Source of the DNA: Mobula hypostoma
Taxonomy: Eukaryota
Assembly: GCF_963921235.1 (NCBI RefSeq)
Contig: NC_086097.1
Location: 2,852,001 to 2,916,000 of the forward strand
DNA length: 64,000 nt
Direction: 5' to 3'
In this document: positions 49,795-62,371 of the stretch, one piece after another
Layout: every line of letters begins with the position of its first letter
Numbering within the stretch: position 1 is the first letter of the stretch
Translations under genes and position numbers: made by a program
The notes under the pieces: generated by a model
Databases searched by the model: none
The model's input: the letters and a program-made list of their open reading frames with translations, nothing else
Told to the model about the DNA's origin: nothing

Positions 49795-50176
49795 CTTTAT
49801 TCTCTTGAACGTAAAGGACTGAGAGGAGATTGGATGGAGGCATATAAAATTATGAGGGGCATAGAGAAGGTAAATACAAGCTAGCCTTTTCCACTGAGGT
49901 TAGGTGAGACTACAAATAGAGGGCCGATGTTAAGGGTGAAAGGTGAAATATTTAAGGGGAACATGAGGGAAAATTTCATCACTCGGAGGGTTGTGAGAGT
50001 GTGGAATGAGCTGCCAGGTGTATGTGGGTTTGATTTCAACATTTAAGAGAAATTTGGATAGGTAGATGGACGGGAGGGGTATGGAGGGCTGTAGTCCAGT
50101 TGAGACTAGGCTGATTAATAATTCAGTATAGTCTAGATGGGCCGAAGGTCCTACTTCTGTGCTGTTCTGTTCTATA
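49795..50176 (+). mobile_element. CR1 3' fragment
   Basis: Homologous to 13270-13630. Confidence 0.75.
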
Positions 50177-50914
50177 ACTCTAAGACTGGAAGCTCACTTT
50201 TTGTTTGTTTTATTTCATGAGAAGAGAAAATAGACTGGAACAACGGAATTATTTTGTATATATTTTTTAAAAATATAATTATTCTATATATAATAAATGC
50301 AGATAAAAACAACATATAACTTGGTTTTGGAGAATTTGATTTTGGTTGCTCCATTTAAGGATTTTTTTTGGGCAACTGTATGATAAATCTTCCCTGACAG
50401 TATAGTGGAATAAATTTAATGAGAATATTTGCAGCAGAGTGAACATATGAGATTTAGTTAATAAATCAAATTGAAATATTAGTTTATCTTACCCTAACTA
50501 TCTACAGTGCATCATATGAAAATACGTTATCCTTGTTATTGGTGTATAAATGGCTGTTCTTAAGGAGAGTATTCCCTGCATTGTTTTGGGGAATGATCTT
50601 GTTTTCTCGTTGAAAGCCGTAAAATTAACTTCACATGGAGGTGGCACCTCGAACATGTCATTATATTTATTTGCTCCTTTTTACCAGATAGCACATAGGA
50701 TGCAATAATCAAGTAATTTTGATTTCATTCCAAATATGCACATCAGAAAGCTACTATGGTATATGGATAACTTAATTGCCTTTGTTCTTTTGGGGTTGGA
50801 TCCTATGTGCTCTTTTGATCTGGTATTTTATTATGTTGTCTGTAGTGTCATTTTAATGTAATGTGCTGTTCTTTGTGTCTTTGTTGTCTCTTTTTTTTCT
50901 TTGTTCCAAAACAG

Positions 50915-51219
50915 CATTTTGTCCCGCATAGGGAGGAAGGACAACCAAGATGGCTCCAATTTGACAGTGCCCATGACTATGTGTCTTTTTCCTGTGCCAT
51001 TCCCACTCACCCCATCCCTAAGACCACAAGTCAGTTCCATCAACCCTACTGTTACTCGCTCCCTCCTTTACAGCGTCCTCCGCGATGCTCCCTCTGAGCG
51101 CAATCAGCAAAGTCGTGATGCACAGCTTTCAGAATACCCTTCATTGGACTATCAAGGTCTCTATGTGACACTCGTGACTCTACTTGACCTGGTCCCTTTG
51201 TTACAACATGGCCAACACG
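50915..51219 (+). CDS. UNC79: UNC79 coding exon 3 (ILSRIGRKDNQDGSNLTVPMTMCLFPVPF...LLDLVPLLQHGQH)
   Basis: Long polypyrimidine tract + acAG acceptor, G|GTAAGC donor, 305 nt; lies in ORF 50901..51230. Confidence 0.96.
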
Positions 51220-51332
51220 GTAAGCTATGAGGTGTGAGGTGAAATGCCTCTTAGGAATATAAGGTTTTTGCCTTCTTTTGTCATATTTTACTGCATTTTT
51301 ATAGATTTATATTAATTTAAGCAAAGTCATCA

Positions 51333-51605
51333 AGTGGTTAGCGGAGTGTGACTGAAGGTTGGGCTGTCATTCAATTCCGATGTCCTTTCTAAGAAAGATT
51401 GTACACTCTCCTTGTGGAATGCCTGGGTTTCCTCCAGGTGCTCCAGTTTCCTCCCACAGTCCGAAGATGTTCCAGTTAGAAGATTAATTGGTCCTTGTAA
51501 ATTGTCCTGTGATTAGGTTAGGGTTAAATAAGTGGGTTGCTGGGTGGCGTGGCTCATTGGGCTGGAAGGGTCTATTCCCTGCTGTATCTCTAAATTAAAA
51601 AAAAA
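51333..51605 (+). mobile_element. tRNA-derived SINE
   Basis: Same family as 43538. Confidence 0.78.
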
Positions 51606-51952
51606 CGAATAAAATGTCCAGGTAGACTAAATGTCATATAGCCTGGACAGAAAGGCACTTTCTAGCTTGCCTCTTCCCTCTCTCTTAGTCATCGTCCTGT
51701 TCCTCAACTGCTTGCTGTACAGCAGGTGGTAAGGAGCAGTGTCCTTATAACCAGGTATGAAATTTACTACCTTTAACTGGTCAGGTGTTACAGTGATTCT
51801 AGACCCATAGAACTGTGGTTTACTCTTAAATGTGATTTGATATTATCTCAGGAGATACCTAGTTTAGAGAGGAATAAGGGATAAACAAAACTATCAGCAT
51901 AATCACACACATCTACTGTCTGTGAAGATATACATTTAAATCTTATTTACCA

Positions 51953-52240
51953 GAGCGGTAGTGTAGCAGTTAGCGCGACGCTATTACAGTTGGGGCAGTC
52001 AGAGTTCATAGTTCAATTTCAGTGTCCTCTAAGAAAGATTGTACTGTCTCCCCATGACCGTGAGGGTTTCCTCTGGGTGCTTTGGTTTCCTCCCACAGCC
52101 CAAAGACATACCGGTTAGTGCGTTAATTGGTCATTATATATTGTCCTCTGACTAGGCTCGGGTTAAATAAGTGGTTTGCTGGGCAGTGCAGCTTATTGGG
52201 CCAGAAGAGTCTGCTCCACACTGTATATCCAGATTAAAAA
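51953..52240 (+). mobile_element. tRNA-derived SINE
   Basis: Same family as 43538. Confidence 0.8.
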
Positions 52241-52599
52241 ATCGAGATTTGAAGGCTGTAGTATGTATGGCAGACTGCCTTGAATTTTGAGAGCTGCTTG
52301 GTTGGATTTTATCTCAGATTTGTACCTCAGATTTTTGAATTTTCTCTCCATTTAGACAATAGCCTCTGCCTTTAATACAACTGCGCTGCTCTAAAGAGCA
52401 CTGTATGAGGTCATTCTTAACCCTCGGCCGTAAGGCTGTATAATGAGTCAACCTATAGCTGGGGAAGTGGTGACCCCACCACCTAATAGACTGTTTAACT
52501 AACTTTAAAAAAAATTATTCTTCCTCTATTCTAATATTGTGTATCTGTGAACTTGTAATGCTACTGTAACACTATAATTTCCTTTGGGATCAATCTATC

Positions 52600-53005
52600 T
52601 TATTCCTTCCACCAAAGTACATGGCCATACACTTAGCAACACTATATTCAATCTGCCTCTACTTTTCCCATTTTCCTAATCCAACTCCTTTTGCAGACTT
52701 CCTGCTTCCTCAACACTACTTGCCCCTCCACCTATCTTCATATCGTCTGCAAAGTTGGCCACAAAGCCATCAATTCCATTGTCCAAATTATTCACATTTA
52801 ATGTGAGAAGAAGCAGTCCCAACACCGACCCCTGCAGAATACCACTGTCCACCACTAGTCAACCAGAAAAAGTCCCCCTTATTGCCACTCTGCCTCCTGC
52901 CAATCAGCCAATCCTCTATCCATGTCAATATCTTTCCTGTGATATTATGAGGTCTTATCCTGTTAAGCAGCCTCATGTTTGGCCTCTTGTCAAGGCCTGC
53001 TGAAA
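52600..53005 (-). mobile_element. CR1 RT fragment
   Basis: Homologous to 19650-19930 and 30760-30970. Confidence 0.75.
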
Positions 53006-53102
53006 ATGCCAGCATGATAACTGTTGTTAGGATACTGGCCGTTGCCCTGCTTGATGCATAGATGCAGACCAGCTGAATAATCAGGGAATCCCATTGGTGT
53101 TA

Positions 53103-53599
53103 CAGTGCCTATAAGAAGTATTCACCCCTCTTGGAAGTTTTCATGTTTTATTGTTTTACCACATTGAATCACAGTGAATTTAATTGGGCTTTTTTTTGGA
53201 CACTGATCAACAGAAAAAGTCTCTTTCATTTCAAAATGAAAACATCTCTGCAAAGTGATCTAAATTTGGAGACCTGTGTACAGTCAAGGTGTTTCAATTG
53301 AATGTAGTAAAAATACACCTGTATCTGGAAGGTCTAGCTGCTGGTGAGTTTGTATCCTGGGGAAAAACTATGCCATGAAGATAAAAGTGCACTCTAAGGT
53401 ACCCTGGGAATAGCTTATTGAAAAGCACAAGTCAGGAGATGGATACAAGAAAATTTCCAAGTCACTGACTATCTCTCAGTGTACAGTTAAGTGAATCATT
53501 AGTGTCAAAAAATGCCAAATTAAATCCACTGCGACTCATTGTTGTAAAACAATAAATAATGAACACTTTCAAGGGGTTGAATACTTTTTATAAGTATTG
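53103..53599 (+). mobile_element. Internally deleted Tc1 (MITE-like), same family as 18768
   Basis: TA|CAGTGCCTATAAGAAGTATTCACCCCT ... GGGGTTGAATACTTTTTATAAGTATTG inverted ends; internal sequence matches 18770-18900 and 20350-20620. Confidence 0.85.
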
Positions 53600-53604
53600 T
53601 GTAT

Positions 53605-54568
53605 AGAACATAGTACAGTACAACACAACAACAGACCTTCTGCCCGCAATTGTGTGCTGAACCAAATTATTCGGTAATCAAATGGCCAACTCATCTTTTC
53701 TGCTTACATTTTGTCCACTTCTTTCTATTTTCCTCACATTCATGTCCTATCTAAATGCCTCTTAAAAATCCCTAATGTATCTGCCTCTACCACTGTCCAG
53801 ACAGGACATTCCAGGTACCCACCATGCTCTGAGTATATTAAAAAAAAATGCCTCGCCTTTGAACTTACCCCCCTCACCTCACATGCATGTTCTCTGGTAT
53901 CAGACATTTCAACCCTGGGAGAAAAAGTTCCTCTCATAAGCTTGTAAACCTCTTTCACATCCCTCCTCAGCCTCCACTTCTCCAGAGAAAAATATCTCAG
54001 TCTGATGTTTGCAAAGCACATGAAGTTAGTATAATATACCTGCTTGATCAGCTGCTTTGTCATGAGAAATGAATAAATTTTACTGTGCCACAGCAAATAT
54101 CCTTTCTCTTCATCTTCTTCTCTCTAGTCTTCTGAGAGCTAGTTCTGGTCTGTGAGCCATTATTCATTCTTACCATTTAACAGCGACATTTGGAGTAAGC
54201 AATTATTGCAGAATCCTTGAAGTAAGACATAGGAGCAGAATTAGGCCACTCAGTCCATCGAATCTGCTCTGCCGTTCCATCATGGCTGATTTATTATTCC
54301 CCTCAACCTCATTCTCCTCCCTATAACCTGTGACACCCTGATTAATCAAGAATCTATCCATCTTTGCTTTACGTATACCCAATGACTTGGCCTCCACAGC
54401 CAACTGTGGCAAGGAATTCCACAGATTCAAAACCCTCTGGCTAAAGAAATTTCTCCTTGTCTCTGTTCTAAATGGACATTCCTCTACTCTGAGGCTGTGC
54501 CTTCTGGTCCTAGACTCCCCCACTACAGGAAATATTCTCTCCATAGCCATTCTATCTAGGCCTTTCAA
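53605..54568 (-). mobile_element. Two CR1 3' fragments (53605-53990, 54220-54568)
   Basis: ORFs 53740..54096 and 54203..54571. Confidence 0.78.
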
Positions 54569-56677
54569 CACAAAGACTTTCTAGATCTTTTAAGGCAAAG
54601 AACTGCAATTAGTTAACTTCTTTCTCTATAGAATTAGGCATCTTTAGAAATCTAGAAGCATAAAGCTTTTATTGATACAAATAACCATCTATTGGAATCA
54701 GTTGGCAACTAGTCTGCAGGTTATTTCTGTCAAGTAATGTCCTCCTTCCTATGGAATTATGTTGTGCTGTAGGAGATTAACGTACAGTACATGGCTTTAG
54801 GTCCAGCTTTAGCTCTCGTCCATTAGTACTGGTGTCAACTCACCACTGCATACTGATTGATGAAAGGACCTGCCTGTGGCCCGTCCAGTAGACATTTAGG
54901 TCTCATACATTAACAGATACTAAGCATTTAAGGCTATTATGTTGAAGTTCATTTGGTTAAATCAACATCTTGGCTTGGACATTTACAGTGTTCAGGTTAT
55001 TCATTGTTATTTGTTAATTCACATTATTTGTTAATTTATTTGTAGTAATATTAGTTTGTGTTGTGTGTGTGAGTTATATGTACTGTGTTGTGCACCTTGG
55101 CTCAGAGGAAGGTAGTTCCTTTTGGTGGTATACATGTATATGGTTGAATGACAGTCAACTTGAACTTGGAACCTGAGTATCAAAGATTTGGGTTGAATTG
55201 AAAAAACAACTTTTTAACAAAAGTCAAGTCTAAATCTAGAAGTCAAAATATTAATTCAAGAATGTTGAACAAACTCTTGTAAGCTATCACAGTGAGTGAG
55301 TGAGATACTGCTTAGGTTAAGATTACAGAGGGTTATTATATCTCAAACAGTAACTTTGATTTTCAACCTTGGCTATGAATTTCTGCTTACTGTGCAACTT
55401 TTCCTTCATAATGTTGGGTATTGTTAGCATTGCTTTTTAATGTTATTTTTGTCTAACTCAGGTAAAGAATTAAAATAAACCACATTTATTGATTTAACTT
55501 TTCACATTTTTAAAATATATATTTGTTCATTGGATATGGATGTTGCTGGCCATTCCCAATTGTTTCTGACCTGAAAAGACAAGGTCAACTGTATTGGTAG
55601 GTCACATATAAGCCAGATCAGGCAAGGGCTGTAGTACCCCATCCCTGAAGTATATTACTGAAATAGATGGACTTTTAGGACAATCCACTATGCTTGATTG
55701 TTGTAACAGGTGACTGCCACATTCCCAGAAAATAGTAAGTATCATGATAGTCCATACTAGGAAGCTGCATCATCTATATATGCATGAAGAAATGCAAGTT
55801 GAAAAGCAATACATTTTGTGCTTATTTATTTACCATTGTTCAAAGATACCCCGAGAACGTACTTACTTCAAAGGCTCAAAGTAAATTTATTATCGAAGTA
55901 CGTATATGTCACTGTTTATAATCTGAGATTTATTTTCTTGTGGACATTCATGATAAATAGAAAAAAATACAATATAATCAATGAAGAAGTGAGAGTCATA
56001 GTCAGAGAACATGACAGCACAGAAACAGACCCTTTGGCCCATCTGTTCTATACCAAATTTTGTAATCTGCCTAGTCCTGAACACAACAAAGATGAACAGT
56101 GAATGTGCAACAATACCACAAACTGTGCAAAGCAAAAAAAAAGAAAATAAATACATAAACAAACAAACAAACAAATAAATAAGCAATAAATATTGAGAAC
56201 GTGAGTTGAAGAGTCCTCAAAAGTGAGTCCATAGGCTGTGGGAGTAATTCCGTGTTGGTGTGAGTGAATTTATATAAATTCTGTATATTAACTGGTTGGG
56301 TAGTGGTGTGTGAATTTTGTAAAGGTGAATTTCTGTTACTGTCATGCCTATACTGACACCAGCATTTTTGTTAAAATCGCAGATCATTTAAGCAGTTGAA
56401 TTTTAATTCCACAACTGCTCGTTTTTTTTTGGACCAAGTATCTGGAACCCTGCCTACTAATCTAATAATTACTGTGCTAGATTATCTTGTTATTTATTTT
56501 ATCATTTGATATGGCAGTTCTGCCTGTTAATCATTCTATATACTATACCTCAGCAAAGTCATTGCATCTATTTAATAAATTCGGAAACCCACTTCACATG
56601 TTTTTTTTCTCTAAGGTAAGCTACCCTGTTTACAAGGATTGCTTTGGACTTATTTTTTCTCTCTTTCTTTTAAACAG

Positions 56678-56848
56678 ACTTAGGACAGTCGATATTTTAC
56701 ACTACAACGTGTTTGCTGCCATTTCTCAGTGATGATATCCTGAGTACCTTACCTTACACTATGATTTCTACTTTAGCAACGTTTCCCCCATTTCTTCACA
56801 AGGATATCATTGAATATCTGAGCACGTCTTTCCTTCCAATGGCAATAT
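56678..56848 (+). CDS. UNC79: UNC79 coding exon 4 (DLGQSIFYTTTCLLPFLSDDILSTLPYTMISTLATFPPFLHKDIIEYLSTSFLPMAI)
   Basis: ttctctctttcttttaaacAG acceptor, T|GTAAGT donor, 171 nt, phase 1/1. Confidence 0.96.
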
Positions 56849-57997
56849 GTAAGTGTATTTTAATGTAGAGGAAATGTCCACTATTATTCTCTGTGCCCCC
56901 CACCCCCGGCACTCCCTCTTGCCACCCCCCACCCCCGTCCTCTGGTCCTTTTTCACTCTGCCTCTTCATCTTTTTCTGCTTCTTTGTGGTTTTCTTGCTT
57001 AGCATGTTGTTAATTTTTCTTTGAGTCATTTGCATAAATCAATAGGTGAGAGCCTGCTACAGTTGGATTACATTAATTATTATGAATGTCTTTTTCTTGT
57101 CAGTGTTATGAATGAAATAATTTGCTGTTACCTCATGTTTTGCTGATGCTCTGCTTTCTTTCCTAATTAACTGATCATCCAGTACATGAATTGTGGGTGG
57201 GATAGGAAGCTAGGTTTTAACTGAGGGGACAGATAACAATCTTGGTTAACAGCATGGGGTGAGTCTTGAGCCCAAATGGAGTGAGAAACCAGGGCTTGGA
57301 TTGAGGAAACGGGCAATGAATAATTCATTTATTTAGCAAAGATTGAATCATGCGCTATGTGGAGGTGATAGAATATTTCATTTTCTCCAGGTTAGATTGA
57401 AGGTAAAATTATAGATATGTAACATGTCAGAGACACAGGAATCCAAGTGGAATAAATTCTCTGAGCAAGTTTAGACAAGTTAACATTTTATGAAAGATTA
57501 TATACTTTTACAACATCATTTCTAGGCTGTTCGTGAGCATCCAGAACCAAAATCCAAAACAGTTTTTAGATCAGTCATTTGGCTAAGTTACTCCAATTTC
57601 TAAGTACTATTCCCAATGTGCTTGCTCAGCCATAATGCTTGTTTAACTGACCTGTATAATGGTTCAGGACTGGACCAATGTTCAATGGCAGAATTATGGC
57701 AAAGCCTCATTTGTGCTTCTTTTTGGGGTGTTTGAGTTGAGTTGGTTATTGCATCAGTGAGTGAAGTGGCAGCTGATTTCAGACATGAATGAGAATGGGG
57801 AGGGCGGTAAAGCTGTGAGGGAAACCATTAGAGCCATCATAACTGGAGTTCACCTGGACAACTGTCTGGTGTGGAAATACTGCATAGTACTGTAGAATGA
57901 GTTTGGCATTCATGTTTTTTTTATTTAGAAATAAACATTCACTTTGTACAAAAAGTTTTCAGGTGAAAGTTTGTAATGCACCAAATGCTCTCTCTAG

Positions 57998-58090
57998 TGG
58001 GTTCATCGAAACGAGAAGGCATTCCACCGTATGTGAATTATTCTGCGTCTTCAATGCTAATGATTGCTATGCAGTACACATCTAATCCAG
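57998..58090 (+). CDS. UNC79: UNC79 coding exon 5 (LGSSKREGIPPYVNYSASSMLMIAMQYTSNP)
   Basis: ctctctctAG acceptor, CAG|GTAGGC donor, 93 nt, phase 1/1. Confidence 0.95.
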
Positions 58091-59699
58091 GTAGGCACAA
58101 AACAATGGGTAAACTCTTGAAGATTTAGAAACTGGTGAGTGTATTGAACATCAAAACAATTTTGAATGATTGAGAACTTCAGTAGTAGAGCTAATACCTT
58201 ATTGAAAATAAGATTACCTTTTTAGACTTTAAAAAATCTAATGTAATTAACTGATTGACCTTTCAAAAACATGCTAACAATGCCTCAGTGCACTGGCAGC
58301 ATTGTAACTGGAACTTTATCGGTGCAGAGCTTTATCAAATAAAGTCACTTGTTCAATATTTAAAGATGCATATCAAAATAGTTCATAATAATCTGTTATA
58401 AGCTGTAATTCCTGTGTTTGGTATGGGACCCAAATGATAAACTAAAACATCTTTGGCGTCTTTTGATGTATGATGTGGAAAAATTTTATTTATTCGTTTA
58501 TACTTTAAGGTAAGCTTTGAGTTGGTCAACAGTTATGTACTGTTGGATATTGATGGTTTTGATTTGAGGTCCTTTGGAAGTCAAGAAAGAGCCATAAAAC
58601 TTATTGCTTATGATTAAGAGAACAAGGATATTGGGAAAGGAGAGTAGTGAAAGCACAGCCTAGTAGTGAGAGAAGGCGAAGGTGAAAAGAGACTGATGCA
58701 ACATGTTCCAGCCTTCTTTTGCCAATTTGTAAACGTGTAGGGGTTCCCAACCTGGGGTTCATGGACCCCTTGCTTAATGCTATTGGTCCATGGTGTAAAA
58801 AGGGGAATCAAACAGCAATAAATTCCATTAAAATTCTGTTACTTGAATCAACCAATCAGATAGCCCCATACAGGTAATGTGATACTTGCCAAGGCTACAA
58901 AGTTGTTCAAAAGCAGCAGCTGCCACTAGTAAACAGACTGAACAATTACATGTACATAGGTAACCATATAGAAATATAAACAAGCATAAGGAAGCTAAAC
59001 TGCAAGGAAAGGAACACTCTAATCCAGGGGTTCCCAACCTGCCGTGTGCCTGGGAAACTTGGAGGGAATGGTGCTCGCTGGAGGCCTCTGTCCTGGGCCA
59101 GTCTTTCAAGTTGTCTCCAGATGTAGCCCATCTTGAACTGAATTGAATTGACTTTATTTATTACATCCTTCATATACATGAGGAGTAAAAAATCTTTACG
59201 TTACGTCTCCATCTAAGTGTGTAATTTACAGTAATTTCTTGGTGCATCTTTCCTCTCCCAGGGATGAATCTTCAGAGCCTCTGTTGGCATTTCTGTAGCT
59301 CTGGGTTTTTACAGGATGGGATTGCTGGCCCCAGGCCTAAACCTCCTCCTTGCACAGTCAGGATTGGGGCTGTCCATGGCGGAGATTGTAACTAATATAA
59401 CTACCTTTTATTATTATCTTCTATTGGCAACTACTACTACTGTGTCAAATTCTGATTTTAAAATTAGAATTTTGCAATTGAAAGCCAGCCTTTGGCTGTC
59501 AGCTACAGCTGTCGGCCATAGACCATGAAATTATGCCTCTCACACTCTCCGCTTCCCTCTCCTTATGGTAACACTCTAAAACATTTATTCACTTGTAAAA
59601 TCTTCACCTTTGTCTCATATTGTTCACAGTATTTTCTGATCTTTATTTGCAGAACATTGTGTATTGAAGTTACGTTGGTCTTAGGTGCAAGGAAATCTG

Positions 59700-60440
59700 G
59701 GCTTGTGCTCACTGGAATTTGGAAGAATGTTGGGGTGCGGGGGGGGGGGGGAGAATCTCATCGAAGTCTGTTAAATATTGAAAGGCCGAGATAGAGTGGA
59801 TGTGGGGAGGATGTTTCCAGCAGTGGGTGAGTCTCGAACCAGAGGACAAAGCTTCTGAATAGTCATAGTCATAGTCATACTTTATTGATCCCGAGGGAAA
59901 TTGGATTTTTGTTACAGTTACTCCATAAATAATAAATAGTAATAAAACCATAAATAGTTAAATAGTAATATGTAAATTATGCCAGGAAATAAGTCCAGGA
60001 CCAACCTATTGGCTCAGGGTGTCTGACCCTCCAAGGGAGGAGTTGTAAAGTTTGATGGCCACAGGCAGGAATGACTTCCTAAGACACACTATGTTGCATC
60101 TCAGTGGAATGAGTCTCTGGCTGAATGTACTCTTGTGCCCCCCCAGTACATTACGTAGTGGATGGGAGACAGCATCCAAGAATGGAGGGCTATCCATTTA
60201 GAACGGAAATGAGGAATTCCTTTGGCCGGAGGGCGGTGAATCTGTGGAATTCATTACCAGGGGCAGCTGTGAAAGCCAGGACATTGGGTATATTTGAAGC
60301 AGAGGTTGATGGGTTTGTGATTAGTCAGAGCATCAAAGGTTGTGTGGAGAAGGCAGGAGAATGAGGTTGAATGGAACAATAAATCAGACATGATGGAATG
60401 GAGGAGAAGACTCAATGGGCTGAATGGCCTAGTTCCATTT
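59700..60440 (+). mobile_element. CR1 3' fragment with nested minus-strand (GACTAT)n-tailed LINE piece (~59861-60170)
   Basis: CR1 text resumes at ~60171; insert closely matches 33189-33500. Confidence 0.8.
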
Positions 60441-60869
60441 CATGGGGTTAAAGAATTTTGAATACTCATTAATTTCTGAAAAGATGACTCTGTTTAATAT
60501 TGCCCTTCTCATGCCTGGCTCTCCTTGTAGCGTGTTTCATGACTGAACACACCTGTGCAATTTCTACCAAAAATTTAATTTAGTATTGTATTCGGTAATT
60601 TCTTCACATGAAGTCAACTGGGCCACAGAAGACACCAGCAAAGACTGAATTTCACCACAAAAGTAAAAGATAATTCGATATTTTTCTTGTAATTTTATCT
60701 GATGGAGATGCTCTTTAAAACAAAAGCCTTTTAAAATCTCAAGAATGCACAATAAACTTTTTCTAATTTTTCTTTAGTATCAGACCTGAGGTGAGAAATT
60801 GCTTTCTGTTGCAGCTGTAGATAAATACTTAAAAAAAACAAAACTTGATACATTTTCTCTGACTTTGAT

Positions 60870-61442
60870 GAGCTGTGAGGTAATGTTACGGCTATAAGAC
60901 CTTAATTCGACCCCACTTGGAGTTCTGTGTTCAGTTCTGGTCACCTCACTACAGGAAGGATGTGGATACTATAGAGAGAGTGCAGAGGAGATTTACAAGG
61001 ATGTTGCCTAGATTGGAGGGCATGCCTTAGGAGAACAGGTTGAGTGAACTTGATCTTTTCTCTTTGGAGCAACGGAAGATGAAGACCTGATAGAAGTGTA
61101 TAAGTGATGGGATTGATCATGTGGATAGTCAGAGGATGAAATGACTAATATGAGGAACATTGTTTTTAGGTGCTTGGAAGTAGCTGCAAGGGGGATGTCA
61201 GGGGTAAATTTTTCACACAGAGTGGTGGGTGGGTGAGTGGAATGCACTGCCAGTGAAGGTGGTAGAGGCGGATACAATAGGGTCTTTGAAGAGACTCTTA
61301 GATAGGTACATGGAACTTAGAAAAATAGAGGGGTATGCGGTATGGAAATTCTAGGCAGTTTCTAGAGTAGGTTACATGGTCGGCACAACATTGTGGGCTG
61401 AAGGGCCTGTAATGTGCTGTAGATTTCTATGTTCTATGTTCT
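60870..61442 (+). mobile_element. CR1 3' fragment
   Basis: RPHLE.CVQFWSPHYRKD; (ttctatg)n tail; same family as 3938-4500. Confidence 0.85.
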
Positions 61443-61814
61443 GCAAAGATTGAGATGGACTGGAATAGTTCTCTTGAATTTATTTTGGTTTTTTAAAGTT
61501 TCGATCTTGTACATCTTTTTGGAACAATATCTTAATATTGGAGAGAACAGCCATACAAGCTTTTATTTTAATAGATTACTTCATTGAAATAGTAGAAAAT
61601 TGTGATATATGAGGTGATTAGAACTATGCTGAATGGGAAGTAAGCAAGAGATATCCAGTTTAATTCCACATTCCAACATTAGATCGGTAGCTCTGTTGAT
61701 CAACTGTACATCCATATACTTTTGAAGTGCAATGAGAATTTTTAGCTTCTGTTTCCTTTCTGAGGGTGAAAAACTTTCTCCTTTTCTCCTTTCTAATCTA
61801 TAAGTTAAAGCAAT

Positions 61815-62055
61815 ACCCTCTGTGCTGAAGAGAAAGTTTGTATGTTCTTCCTGTGTATGAGTGAGTTCCTCCAGGTAGGTCCTCCTGTTTCCTCCCACAG
61901 TCCAAATACATACCAGTTTGTAGGTCAGGTCGGCATTGTAAATTGTCCTGTGATTAGGCTAAGGTTAAATAGGTGGGTTGCTGGGCAGGGTCGCTCGAAG
62001 GACTGGAAGGGTTTGTTCCAAACTATATTTGTAAATAAAAATAAAATAAAATAGA
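61815..62055 (+). mobile_element. tRNA-derived SINE, 5'-truncated
   Basis: tttcctcccacagtccaaa, tgtaaattgtcctgtgattagg, (taaaa)n tail. Confidence 0.75.
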
Positions 62056-62371
62056 ATCTTCTCTGCACCATCAGAATGCAGTTCAATCTTTCTAGTAATG
62101 TGATATTGGACTCTTGCTTTACTTGTGGTCTGACTGATGTTAGATGCTGAGCAAACATTATTTCTTTATTCATATATTTTGTTTAAAGTAGGGAAATATG
62201 CCTCTTAAAGCACCTTAGTGACTTGTTCTCCAATTTCTCAGGGTCTATAAGCATACACTCCAAGGTCACTTCGATTTGCTACAAGTGTATATGCAAGTCC
62301 GAACTATTACCACTTGTTTACTGCAATTTTTGGATCTAATTTGCTTCTTTCATTAAACCTATCTTTTATAT

